This document shows positions 30,981 through 41,477 of a stretch of DNA of 64,000 nucleotides, piece by piece. The notes below the pieces were generated by a model. That model was not told where the DNA came from, did no database searches, and worked only from the letters and a program-made list of their open reading frames with translations. This DNA is from a virus. The stretch is taken from positions 1 through 64,000 of the IMG/VR virus record IMGVR_UViG_3300005529_000030. The stretch is one strand, 5' to 3'. The first letter of the stretch is position 1. Each line of letters begins with the position of its first letter. The translations under genes were made by a program, and so were the position numbers.

Positions 30981-32815
30981 TGAAACTATCTGATTTTTAT
31001 CCTAATTTCGATAATTGGGTTTCGGCCTCTTCTGATTCTGCGGGACCAAAGCCTCAAATTCCTGACTCAACAACTCAAGTAAATCCGTTTTTAGCCGCGA
31101 CGGTGCCGCTGCCTTTGCAATATTCTCCCGACTCCTTACGTCAGTATAATAGGCCGGGATTATCAAGTTTTAGGGTTTCGCCTTTATCGCCTAGTTCTTT
31201 TCCGTCTATTAACAGTGCGTCTGCAAGCGTAACCAAGACCATTGTTCAAAATAGCGGCAGCGGTCTGCTTTTAAAAACAAACGGAATAGTTAATCCAAAT
31301 CAAAGTGTGGCAAATTTTCAAGGCACGGGATTATCTATCACATCAGATAGCAGCGGTAATATATCGTTCGTAAGTACTGCGACTGGCGACGGTATAACTC
31401 ATGGGACTCTTCCGTGGGAATATGACTCGGCCTATGTCATTTTAAGGGATGATTTCTCCAATCTATATAATGGTAGCTTAGACCCCGCAAACGTTAGTGC
31501 CCAAATTGGCGAATTGGGGTGGATAAGTACATTTGCATCGGGCATCACTACGCCTCAAACTACCAGCTATGTCTTTCCTTATTTTGGAACTTTTAGTTGG
31601 GAAAACAGTACGTCCGCCAATAGTGTTGGCGGATATATTATAAATAGCGTTACTATAAATTCAGCAGGTGTGCCTCAAGTAGCGTGGCCTTTATTGGACT
31701 ATCCAGGTTGGAAATTGACTTTTGTTTGGAAAGTAGATAGCAGCACGCAGTTTGCGTTTTCAAAAGCAAAAAAGAGTTTGTATGTAGGTCTTTGTGGTAA
31801 TTTTATTAATAATCTAGCAAATGGGGTTGGTCGGCCTGATGTATTTATGGGCGTCCGTTATGATACGAGCGCCACACCGGGAACACTTACTCTTTCATCT
31901 GTTGCGACATCATCGGGCGGAAATGCGACTTATACAGGAACCATTACTGGAGGAGCTAACGGAGCCTATAACGGTATTACTTTTACAGTATCGGGCTTCA
32001 CTAACGGTGTTAATAACGGAACATTTGTGTGTGTGGGCAGTTCTACCACAACATTAACCTTAGCTAATGCATCTGCCGTTGCTGAAAGCCATGCCGCTAC
32101 TGCATCGGGAACGGGGTTGAATGACACCAATTATACATTTGAAGTCGTTTCAAATAGGAGCTATACGACAGGCAGCCCTAGACATAATCTTCAAGGTCAA
32201 ACTTTTATAACTCCGTTTACTCCTACTCAAGGAACTTGGTACAGATTAGAAATTACTAGCACTGCCGTGGGCCAAGTAACTATTTCTATGACCGATGGTA
32301 ACCAAATAATTTCACAAAATTTTACTGTGCCTTTATTTACTATACTTACAAATGGGGCTATTACGGCTGGCGCATCTATAACTTCGGTAGGTACTTCAAC
32401 TAATATCGGCTTGGTTAGTAACAGTCCATTATCCGCAACTAGTAATGTACTGACTAATGCAAGTGCGGCTCCTTTCGGACCCGGAAGTAAAGTTACTTTT
32501 GCGAATCTTCCGGGGGCGGCTTCTGTTCTTAATGGGCAAACTGTAACTTTAATTCCAAACGCAGAGTCTTCTAATAGGAATTTAACTTTTAATACAACTA
32601 TTGCTTCATTTGCAAGCACTAACTTAGCGAGTAACTCTTCTGTAATTGGATACCCGGCTTATCAGCCATATTTTGCTTTTGGTAACGATGATACGACAAG
32701 TCCGGCAGGAAGTTCTATGCGATTTTTTATGGATTACTTTTCTTTTGTTTGGAATCCAAATTTCGGACCTAACGCGCCGGGCGTTCCAAATTCAGTTAAA
32801 CCGAGGTATTGGTAA
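30980..32815 (+). CDS. tail fibre/spike-like protein
   Basis: 611 aa S/T/G/N-rich. Confidence 0.6.
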   Translation: MKLSDFYPNFDNWVSASSDSAGPKPQIPDSTTQVNPFLAATVPLPLQYSPDSLRQYNRPGLSSFRVSPLSPSSFPSINSASASVTKTIVQNSGSGLLLKTNGIVNPNQSVANFQGTGLSITSDSSGNISFVSTATGDGITHGTLPWEYDSAYVILRDDFSNLYNGSLDPANVSAQIGELGWISTFASGITTPQTTSYVFPYFGTFSWENSTSANSVGGYIINSVTINSAGVPQVAWPLLDYPGWKLTFVWKVDSSTQFAFSKAKKSLYVGLCGNFINNLANGVGRPDVFMGVRYDTSATPGTLTLSSVATSSGGNATYTGTITGGANGAYNGITFTVSGFTNGVNNGTFVCVGSSTTTLTLANASAVAESHAATASGTGLNDTNYTFEVVSNRSYTTGSPRHNLQGQTFITPFTPTQGTWYRLEITSTAVGQVTISMTDGNQIISQNFTVPLFTILTNGAITAGASITSVGTSTNIGLVSNSPLSATSNVLTNASAAPFGPGSKVTFANLPGAASVLNGQTVTLIPNAESSNRNLTFNTTIASFASTNLASNSSVIGYPAYQPYFAFGNDDTTSPAGSSMRFFMDYFSFVWNPNFGPNAPGVPNSVKPRYW

Positions 32816-33229
32816 ATGAGATTGGAGGCGTCCACAGTTAAGGACATCACTAAGTTAGTAGAATGGATTTCTAACGACTCTTATCATAAGGATTGTTTAA
32901 ACCCTGAATGGTGGCTGACAGGCAACGGATTATTGAGTTTTTGTATTTACGACGACAACGGACCAACAATGTTTGCGAGAGTTGAAAAAGAGGGAGATTT
33001 ATTGCGTTTACACTGTCAATTTGGGCCTGAAACGGAAGTTAGTAAATCTCGGACTATCAAATCCCTGTTGTGGGCAATTCCTATAATGGAAAGTCTGGCA
33101 AGACAAAACAATTTGGATGGATTGATATATAAATCAACCCACTCATCACTAATCAAATTTATGCATAAGAAATTCGGTTTTACCGAAATTGATTCAAACG
33201 ACCACGTACTATTTTTCGAGGAAAGTTAA
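32816..33229 (+). CDS. possible GNAT-fold virion assembly protein
   Basis: Position before ejection genes; C-terminal K.FGF.. Confidence 0.4.
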   Translation: MRLEASTVKDITKLVEWISNDSYHKDCLNPEWWLTGNGLLSFCIYDDNGPTMFARVEKEGDLLRLHCQFGPETEVSKSRTIKSLLWAIPIMESLARQNNLDGLIYKSTHSSLIKFMHKKFGFTEIDSNDHVLFFEES

Positions 33230-33927
33230 TGTGCGGACCTAGTAGCGAAGAAACAATGGCTCAAGCGCAGCAAGCATCGCTCGCTTCTAGCTTGGCGGCA
33301 AATTTTAATGAGAATTTTAAAAATCAGAGCGATATTTTGGGAAAGCTCAATGCAATGTGGACGCCCATTGCTGCGGCAGGACCCGTCCAAACAGGAATGG
33401 GCGCGGCAGAATTGGCTGCACTAACAACAGGGGCCACCGAAGGCGTTGCTCAAGAATATGCCAAAGCTGGACAGGCTTTACGAACCACCTTGGCGGCTCG
33501 CGGCGGCGGTCAAGAGTTTTTGCCTAGCGGAGCTAGAGAATCTCTAGAATCAAGTTTGGCTAGTGCTGCCGCTTCTGAAGCGGCCCGTCAAAAACAGGCC
33601 ATAACTTTACAGAACTATAATTTGGGTAGACAGAATTGGTTGGCTGCAACGGCTGGATTGCATCAGTTAGCGTCTCAATATAACCCTCTAGGATTTGCTG
33701 GCGCGGCGCAGCAAGGGTTTTCAAGTTCGTTCGATATGGCTAATAAAATAGCTCAACAAAGAAGCCAAAAGCAAGCCATGCTTGGAGGCTTGATTGGTTC
33801 GGGCCTGATGGATTTGGCCACTTTTGGCGCTGGCGGCCTTGCCAATTTAGGCGCAGGTGAAACTTTCGGAGAAGGAGTGGGAGATTTCTTTAAAGGCGGG
33901 TTAAATGCCTTAACGGGACAGGGATAA
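33229..33927 (+). CDS. putative DNA ejection/pilot protein
   Basis: MCG start, Ala/Gly/Gln-rich, C-terminal Gly-rich hydrophobic segment. Confidence 0.6.
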   Translation: MCGPSSEETMAQAQQASLASSLAANFNENFKNQSDILGKLNAMWTPIAAAGPVQTGMGAAELAALTTGATEGVAQEYAKAGQALRTTLAARGGGQEFLPSGARESLESSLASAAASEAARQKQAITLQNYNLGRQNWLAATAGLHQLASQYNPLGFAGAAQQGFSSSFDMANKIAQQRSQKQAMLGGLIGSGLMDLATFGAGGLANLGAGETFGEGVGDFFKGGLNALTGQG

Positions 33928-33931
33928 AAAT

Positions 33932-36271
33932 ATGCTAGACCCAAAAGTTAATCCGGCAGGAACGTTATCACAATTGCCCGGAGATAATCCATTAATACAA
34001 AATATATTGAGACCGCAAGATGCTGTTTCAACGTTGGCGTCTCCTACATTAGTTGATACAGGCTCAGAACCTTTCACTCCTTTAGCTCCTGCGGTAAAAT
34101 CTTCTATTCCTTTGGCTCCTCAAGAAACTCAAATTCCACAACGTTTGCCCGTTTCAGGCGGAGCATCACTCGGACAAATTATTGCAACCAAAGGCCAAAT
34201 TCTGCCTCACGTTCAAGCGATAGGCGACAGCATAAACAGAACAATCAGGTCCAACCCAGAAGTTGCGGCCAAGCCGGGCGGAATTATGAGAGCCGTAGTT
34301 GGCGGAGCTTTGGACGCGCTTAAAGGTGTCGGACAATCCATAGGCGATGTTGCGGCAGTCGGTACTGTTCCGGCAGGAGCAGGTGCGCTTACGGGATTTG
34401 CTCGAACGATGGCTGCTAGAAATCAGAGACTGTCCCAAGAGAAGCTTTTAAAGACCGAAGAAGATAAAAACAGAGCTTTGATGGCTGAATCTGCGGTCAG
34501 GAGAATGCACGAACAGCGATTGGTAAGTAAATTAGATATGGAAGCAAAGCAGGCTTCGGTGGATTCCGGTCTTCGACAAATTCAACTTTACAGGAGTTTG
34601 CCGAATCCTGTGCCCGTTCTAGGCGACCATCTCGACAGCGATGAAATTAATCAATATTTAAAAGAAGGAAAACTCGACCCTACAAAAGAGACGGCAATTC
34701 CTGATGGATTAAAAACGGTGGGGGAGGATGAGAACGGAAACCCCATTGTTCGCACGACCTATACTTTAATGGGCATTCCGAAGGAAGTTACACTCAATGA
34801 AAGTTTACCAGGATATAAAGATGTGTTGGATGAATTAAATAAATATAATCCTCCCGCCCCCGGACAAAAATGGAAGGAAGGACAAACATTTTCAGGGGAG
34901 CAATTTAATTTGATGATGCAACACGCTGCGGATGTTCGCGCCGCAACGAAAGCCCGTAACCAAGAATTGATTGACTCTAAGATGGCGGATGAAAAAATGG
35001 TTCTAGATTTGGAAGCCGTCAATTTTCGAGGAGTCGAAGATTGGGTTAACGCCTTATCCCACAATAATGGAGACGTTATGGCAGCTAGAAATGCCATGCT
35101 TGCAAACCCTCAAATGAGGGCGAAATATCCTAATTTAGATAACGATTTACGCAAGTATTATGGTCAAGATGATAAAGGAAACTATTTTTTTGATAAACTT
35201 CTTGAAAAATATCAAGAAAAATTAGGCAAAAATGATACCGATTTAACCGATTTACAGAAAAAGTTAGATGGCGCTCACGGGGCCGAGGCTGCTGCGATAG
35301 CTTCGGGAATCCAATCTAGAATAGACGACCCCAACACTCCTAAAGAAATCGTTCCTAAATTACAACAAATGCTTAAACAGGCAACGGCACAATCAGCGGC
35401 ATCTCTCGCTTTTCAAGAGAAATCGGCAGAAGTTACTAGACAAGCCGAAAGAACAGAAATGCAAAAAGATATAGAGCCTGCCGCGCAATCTATCGCCAAT
35501 GGAGATTTGACTGATTTGAAGGATATTACTACGGCATTTAAAGGTAATCAGAGACTACTTCTTTATAACAGAGTTAAAGAACTGAATCCTAAATTTAATA
35601 TATCCGCGTTAAAGCGTCAAATAAAAATAATGGATGATTATACGACGGGTTCGGAAGGCAAACAATTACAATCATTTGGAACTTTTTTGAGGCACGCCGG
35701 TGAAGCTGCCGATGTAATTGGGAACCTTCAGTTAACGGATGTTAAATTAGCTAATAAACCGTTGGTGTGGTGGAAAAAGAATATTTCTAGCGACCCTAGG
35801 TTTACTTCATATATGACGGCTCTAGAACCTGTGCGAAAAGAGTTTGAAGGATTTTTATTGGGGGGAAGGGCGCTTTATGCGGAAGACCGAAAAGCGGCGG
35901 AAACGATACTTTCAGATGATAGTACTCCGTCCCAAGTTGGGGCCGCATTGAAACAGATGGGAAGAACTGTTCAAGCAAGATACGGAGAAATGAACCAAAG
36001 GTTTAAAAATCAAATGGGTAAAAACATTTCACAACTTGTTGGACCTTTATCCGAGGACGCACTTGAAGGCGCTAAAAAAATTGGTTTGCCTGTCCAGGAT
36101 AATGACTTATTGTCAATGAGTTCTGCTTCTCCTGATGCTCAAGCAAAATCTAGTTTGCCCGCTCCTCCTCCGGGGAGAATTTATATTAAAACTCCAAGCG
36201 GAACCATTATGACCATTCCTCAGAATCAAAAAGATGCGGCGGTTGCCAATGGAGCTACGGTAATTCAATAA
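33932..36271 (+). CDS. putative internal virion (ejection) protein
   Basis: 779 aa helical, synteny. Confidence 0.6.
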   Translation: MLDPKVNPAGTLSQLPGDNPLIQNILRPQDAVSTLASPTLVDTGSEPFTPLAPAVKSSIPLAPQETQIPQRLPVSGGASLGQIIATKGQILPHVQAIGDSINRTIRSNPEVAAKPGGIMRAVVGGALDALKGVGQSIGDVAAVGTVPAGAGALTGFARTMAARNQRLSQEKLLKTEEDKNRALMAESAVRRMHEQRLVSKLDMEAKQASVDSGLRQIQLYRSLPNPVPVLGDHLDSDEINQYLKEGKLDPTKETAIPDGLKTVGEDENGNPIVRTTYTLMGIPKEVTLNESLPGYKDVLDELNKYNPPAPGQKWKEGQTFSGEQFNLMMQHAADVRAATKARNQELIDSKMADEKMVLDLEAVNFRGVEDWVNALSHNNGDVMAARNAMLANPQMRAKYPNLDNDLRKYYGQDDKGNYFFDKLLEKYQEKLGKNDTDLTDLQKKLDGAHGAEAAAIASGIQSRIDDPNTPKEIVPKLQQMLKQATAQSAASLAFQEKSAEVTRQAERTEMQKDIEPAAQSIANGDLTDLKDITTAFKGNQRLLLYNRVKELNPKFNISALKRQIKIMDDYTTGSEGKQLQSFGTFLRHAGEAADVIGNLQLTDVKLANKPLVWWKKNISSDPRFTSYMTALEPVRKEFEGFLLGGRALYAEDRKAAETILSDDSTPSQVGAALKQMGRTVQARYGEMNQRFKNQMGKNISQLVGPLSEDALEGAKKIGLPVQDNDLLSMSSASPDAQAKSSLPAPPPGRIYIKTPSGTIMTIPQNQKDAAVANGATVIQ

Positions 36272-39200
36272 TGGAAGACCAAATACAGAATCAAAATTTG
36301 GTGATGCAAGACCAAACGCAGAATCAAAATGAGCCTGAGCAGTTGGATATTTCAAAACAATATCCAAGCGCCACGAGAGTAGAGAATGGTGTTGCGTACG
36401 ACGCGACAGGTAAAGCATTAGGTCCTGTCGCAGTTTCTGCTGTTTCAGCGCCTTCTACTGCGGCATCGGTGCATAAAGACGATAATTTTTTCCTCAAATT
36501 AGGGGCGGAACCAACACAAATACTGCAATCACAGCCTTCAAAACCCGATGATTTTTTTATGAAACTCGGCGGCAGTGTTGTTCAGACTGAGCAGCCACGG
36601 TCTATTAGTCTTTGGGAAGCCCTTAATAAGCCTGTTGGCGGCGATTTTGATGCGAATAAAAGAGTATATCAAAAATTTAACCAAATGATAACAGATTGGT
36701 TAGCTCTTCACGAACCCGAAAAATTGCCGGAATGGGCGAGACAAGCTTCTATTATCGCTGCGAGAGCACCGGCGGATATTATAGGGGCGGGCGTTGAGTC
36801 GGCAAGAAGAACTTTATCTCCTCTTGGAATTATGACTTTGGGTTTGGGACCCTTAGCGAAGGGACTCATTTCCGAGGCTCCCGTTTTAATTAAAGGAGGC
36901 GTGGGAGCATTAGAAGCGGCAACTGCGGGAGGATTTACTGTGGCGGGAGTGCAACAGGCTTTATCTAAAGGCCCTGAAGGAGAAACCCCGCTAGAGTCTT
37001 TTGAGCGTCGAGTATCAGGAGCGGGTCAAGCTTTATTGGGAGTGTTGGGAACTGCTGTTGGCTTACATGAGACAGTAAAACCTTCTACAGATTCCGTTTT
37101 AAATAAAGTAGAAAAACACTTCAGTAATAATGATTATAAAGAGGGTTTGAATTTATTAGGAAAAACCGAAATTCCTAATACCATGAAATCTCACGCAGCA
37201 ACTATTATTTCAAAAGGAACCGTAGCAGACGCTGCGAATTCGTCGTGGAAAACACGAGTAAATGATGCTATGGCCGCGTCTAAACAAGCCGATGAAGCCC
37301 GTGAGGCGGCGCATGCGGCAGAACAGGCGGAGCTAAACGGAACGGGAACACGAGAACAAACCATAGAAGCGTATAATAAAGCATCCGAAGCAGCCAAAAA
37401 TGCAGACAAAGCCATTGATGCGATGAACAAAGCTTCGGAAAATCGCGCCAAAGCGGCGGTAGATGCTTTGAACGCAGTTAAAGCAGCTAAAAGAGCATTT
37501 ATGGCTCCTAAGATAGTCAAAAACATAGCAACAGTTAAAGAAAACTTTAAAAAGGCTTTTCCTCCGACTTCGCGGGCACCTTACACCGACCAAGATTTAG
37601 ATGTGGCTCTTTCTCACATCTCCGATTATCATGCTCAGGAAAATATAAGTGATGCCGAGCAACTTCACGACGCATTAAATCGTGCGGAAAATAGAATTGA
37701 TAATGAGATTGCCAAAGCATCTGCGCCGCATTTGAATCAGCCTATTGCCACAAATCCTACTTTAGATGTTGCTGCGGCTTTGAAGCCTGCCGATTTATTG
37801 GAATCGGGGTGGTTAGAACGCGGATTAAATTCCATCGAAGATTTTAATTTGAAGGATATGACAATTGGCGAAGCTCAAGAATTAATTACTAGACTTAACG
37901 ACCAATTGCGCGGAATTCGTAGAAAAAATCTTTGGGATTGGAGAACAGCTATTTCTAACAGTCCTGAATATGCAGCTAAGGCGGCTTTGGTTGATAGTTT
38001 GAGAAAGGGTGTAGCTGAATCGTTGGAAAATTTAGGGGTTTCTGACGTGGCTAAGGCTAGGCTTGAACAAAAGGCTGTAATTAACGTTCGTGACGCGATA
38101 GAATCAAAACTTTCTAGAGCAAAGCAGCAAGTTCGAGGAACAGCCAAAACAACTCCGTTTAGGGAATTTTTGTCGAATCAGGCTCGACGCGCGGGCGCAG
38201 GCGTAGGAGCGATATTAGGTCGAGGAGCGGGCCACGCGATTCTTGGATGGGAATTCGGAGGAGCGGCAGGAGAAAAATTGGGAAATCTTATTTCTCCGTC
38301 CGATTTAACAAGAGATAGAATTGCTGCGGAGGCGGCAAATATTTCGGGAGATATAAATACAAGATTGGCTCAAATTACGACGTCTCCTGCGAGACCGTTA
38401 CCTTGGGAAAGTCTTCCTCCTCCTGTTTTGAGCGTGTTATCCGCCGACGATATAAGACAATTATTGCGGGAATCCTCTCAATTACACGCGGATTTAGCAT
38501 CTCATTATGGCGAATATGTCGGAGATACTAGTTACGCAGATTTAGAACAGAGATTTTTAGAGGATGTAGCCAACAAAAAATTACACGGCGTCGAGTTAGA
38601 TTCTGCCGAGAAAAAATTGCTGTCAAATTTCAATAATCAAAATTTGGCGGATGACGAACTGATTAGAAAGGCCACACAAAAAGCACAAGAAAATGCCGCT
38701 GAACAGACCGTTCCTACTGCTACGCTGCCTAAGAACGCCGAACCGTTATTGCATCCTGATATTGAATTTCATAACAATCTTGATACTCAATCTGCGTTAG
38801 CGCATGATATAGTGCATAATATCATTGCGAAAATGCGCGGTATTCCTATGCTCGATGAAGTTTGGTCGCACGAGCATCCCGAAATTGGGGACAATGTAAT
38901 GCTTGCGCCCGTTGATTGGGACGCGGAATTCGGGGACAGGCAAGGCGGCTTCGACTTAGAAAAAGCCGCTAAGAGAATAGACGACATCGCAGATGTGTAT
39001 GTGGCGGGCGCTGTAGCCAATGATTTGTGGCATGACGTTCCGTTTACAGAGAACGAACATGCTGGCGCAGATATAGCGGCTTTGAGAAAATTTCTTCAAG
39101 ACGCGGGATTGTCAGATGCGGAAGCTTCTAGAGTTATAGCGGCTGCTGCGGAAAGGGTTCGTGCTGACTTGTCTAGACCGGGAATGAAAGAATTCGTTGA

Positions 39201-40704
39201 AAGCCACGCATCAGTAAGAGAACCCGGCCTTGACAGAAGTTTACATATCAGCAAAGATAGAATGAATCAAATTTACAAAGATTTGGGATTAGGAGAGAAA
39301 AATGAACCAAGTAACAAGCAGCTTGCAGGGCAGCCTGAGCGACATGCTGAAAAAGTTGAGCCAACAACTAAAACAGGCGGAGCCGAAGCAGAAACAGGTG
39401 TTCAAGGACGCCCTACTGAAGAGTCAGACCAATCTCCCGAAACCTCTAGGACAGGAGAAGGGACTGCTGAAACAACAGGAGGCCCCAGCGCCAGCATTGC
39501 CAAGCCCGAACAACCCGCCTTTTCTAGAGTAGCGGAACTTCCGTTGAAGCACGAGTATCGAGCGCAGATAAAAAGGCAGGGAGAAGAAAAACCCATAATT
39601 GAAATTATTCCTGCCCATTCTAGCCATGAAGTATTTGATATTGCTAGAGAAAAATATCCCGATGCCGTAGCTATTGATGTGGGAGAGCCGAAGCCACCAG
39701 CATTTGAAGATAAATACGCGGTACCTAAGAAAAAAATTCTTTCGTTGCCTATGCATCGTATTCCCTCAAGAATCCCAATAGAAATTATAAAACACGAACT
39801 AGGTCATGCTCTTGTGGGAACTAAAGAAGGCGTGGGTTTAAATGGCATGCTAAGGCATACGTATCCAAAAATGGGCAAGAATTTTATCGCCGCCGTTGAT
39901 TGGAAAACCGAAGGTCTTTTTGAACCCGGCCCGCACGGCCCTATATTAAAACCTGACAAGGTTATGCCTGTAATAAGGGCCGTTATGGGCGGCATAGCTG
40001 CGGATGAAGTTTTTAACAACATTCCACGAAATGAAAATCATAATTTTAATTCAATGCTTACGAGACAGGATTCTGATGGAGGCATGGCTCTAAGATTTCT
40101 AAAAGAGGTAGGATACGATAATACCTCAGCCCTAGATGTAATAAATAAAGCCATAGATGAAAATAAACAGTTCTTGACAAACAAGCACGTATCGGACATA
40201 ATTAATGAGAATGCAGGAGTAAGAGAAGAGGGCTTATCCGAGCAATATCATTACAGCCCGCAACGCATACAACAGATGTATAATGAAATTGTGAGGAGGC
40301 AGAATGCAGAACAAGCAGCAGGACCAGCAGAACAAAACGCTGACTACGGAAGAACTAATGGAGAAGGCGATAGAGAGCGCAAAACGGATGTCGCCCGAAC
40401 AGAAGCGGCAAGTGAGGCAGCAAATAGACAAAGAACTGAATCGGTAAGACCTGAGTCTCCTGCTTTTTCAATTCCAAAAGAAAGAACCACGGGAAACCCC
40501 GAACACGACGCTGCAATTAAGGAAGGCGGAGGCGTGCCTGCTGGAGTTATGCGCGGCGACCCTCAGATAGGACTTCCTGAATTAACCTTATTCCACGACC
40601 CGCAAACAGGAACTACCTTAGCCCTGAAAACGGCGGATGGAATAGACTCTGAAAAAGTACGTCGAAAACTAGAAGACAGCCGTGCCCAATATGCGAAAAA
40701 ATAG
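36271..40704 (+). CDS. large internal virion / polyvalent protein with M41-like metallopeptidase domains
   Basis: HELGH..MGGIAADE..SD and degenerate HDIVH..VAGAVA..GAD; N-terminal glycine-zipper segments. Confidence 0.65.
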   Translation: MEDQIQNQNLVMQDQTQNQNEPEQLDISKQYPSATRVENGVAYDATGKALGPVAVSAVSAPSTAASVHKDDNFFLKLGAEPTQILQSQPSKPDDFFMKLGGSVVQTEQPRSISLWEALNKPVGGDFDANKRVYQKFNQMITDWLALHEPEKLPEWARQASIIAARAPADIIGAGVESARRTLSPLGIMTLGLGPLAKGLISEAPVLIKGGVGALEAATAGGFTVAGVQQALSKGPEGETPLESFERRVSGAGQALLGVLGTAVGLHETVKPSTDSVLNKVEKHFSNNDYKEGLNLLGKTEIPNTMKSHAATIISKGTVADAANSSWKTRVNDAMAASKQADEAREAAHAAEQAELNGTGTREQTIEAYNKASEAAKNADKAIDAMNKASENRAKAAVDALNAVKAAKRAFMAPKIVKNIATVKENFKKAFPPTSRAPYTDQDLDVALSHISDYHAQENISDAEQLHDALNRAENRIDNEIAKASAPHLNQPIATNPTLDVAAALKPADLLESGWLERGLNSIEDFNLKDMTIGEAQELITRLNDQLRGIRRKNLWDWRTAISNSPEYAAKAALVDSLRKGVAESLENLGVSDVAKARLEQKAVINVRDAIESKLSRAKQQVRGTAKTTPFREFLSNQARRAGAGVGAILGRGAGHAILGWEFGGAAGEKLGNLISPSDLTRDRIAAEAANISGDINTRLAQITTSPARPLPWESLPPPVLSVLSADDIRQLLRESSQLHADLASHYGEYVGDTSYADLEQRFLEDVANKKLHGVELDSAEKKLLSNFNNQNLADDELIRKATQKAQENAAEQTVPTATLPKNAEPLLHPDIEFHNNLDTQSALAHDIVHNIIAKMRGIPMLDEVWSHEHPEIGDNVMLAPVDWDAEFGDRQGGFDLEKAAKRIDDIADVYVAGAVANDLWHDVPFTENEHAGADIAALRKFLQDAGLSDAEASRVIAAAAERVRADLSRPGMKEFVESHASVREPGLDRSLHISKDRMNQIYKDLGLGEKNEPSNKQLAGQPERHAEKVEPTTKTGGAEAETGVQGRPTEESDQSPETSRTGEGTAETTGGPSASIAKPEQPAFSRVAELPLKHEYRAQIKRQGEEKPIIEIIPAHSSHEVFDIAREKYPDAVAIDVGEPKPPAFEDKYAVPKKKILSLPMHRIPSRIPIEIIKHELGHALVGTKEGVGLNGMLRHTYPKMGKNFIAAVDWKTEGLFEPGPHGPILKPDKVMPVIRAVMGGIAADEVFNNIPRNENHNFNSMLTRQDSDGGMALRFLKEVGYDNTSALDVINKAIDENKQFLTNKHVSDIINENAGVREEGLSEQYHYSPQRIQQMYNEIVRRQNAEQAAGPAEQNADYGRTNGEGDRERKTDVARTEAASEAANRQRTESVRPESPAFSIPKERTTGNPEHDAAIKEGGGVPAGVMRGDPQIGLPELTLFHDPQTGTTLALKTADGIDSEKVRRKLEDSRAQYAKK

Positions 40705-40729
40705 AAGAAAAGAAAATTAGTGAATTGAG

Positions 40730-41236
40730 CAAATATGACCAAGCCGCCGCAATATAGGAAATGGTCACAAAGTAAGAAGTTTTTATAACAATATTATAGA
40801 CCCGTCTAAAATCCTGATGACGTGACCGTGGATACTCATGCGGTTGCTGCGGCCACGCTGATGCCTTTAGGTGCTGATTCCCCGGAAGTTAAAGATAACT
40901 TCGGCGCTGCGGGAGAATCTAATTACACTGGTGTTGTCGGAAATTATCCGTTATACGTTGAAGCATATCGCCGAGCCGCTAAAGAACTTGGCCTTCTGAA
41001 TTGCAATCCGTAGTATGGGAAAAAATAAGGAAATTATTTCCGACTGAGTGGAAGACAAAACAAAACTTAAAAAAGCGGTTAAAAAGGAATGGGAAAAGTA
41101 CGAAGACGGCAAACAGTCTGCGGAAACCACCCGACAAAAAATTATGGATATGGCCCGAAAAGCAAATATTGACAAACAGCCTGAAACCAAATATACTAAA
41201 ACAGGACTAGAAACTCTGTCGAAAGGATTAAAATAA
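40730..41236 (+). pseudogene. frameshifted fragments of a DUF7178-like domain (possible continuation of upstream protein)
   Basis: KVRSFY.NI, VTVDTHA, YRRAAKELG, QSVVWE motifs spread over several frames. Confidence 0.55.
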
Positions 41237-41412
41237 TGGAAAAAGACATTGTTCTTGAAAAAAAAATGAAGCAAGACAAAATTCCTCTTACTCGTAAAAA
41301 CTATTTGGAATTAGCTTATTTTGGTAATCCGCCAGATGAATTAAGTGCCGAAGAAGAGGCCGAATTGCCCGAACAATTTAGAAAAATGTCGGAGGAGAAT
41401 TCAGATGAGTGA
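41236..41412 (+). CDS. small hypothetical protein
   Basis: 58 aa IPLTRKNYLELAYFGNPP..; AAGGA RBS. Confidence 0.5.
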   Translation: MEKDIVLEKKMKQDKIPLTRKNYLELAYFGNPPDELSAEEEAELPEQFRKMSEENSDE

Positions 41413-41477
41413 CTTTGCTTATGTGGATGCGAAAATTATTCCTGGAAAAATAGCCGTTCCCATAGAGGATTTAACCA

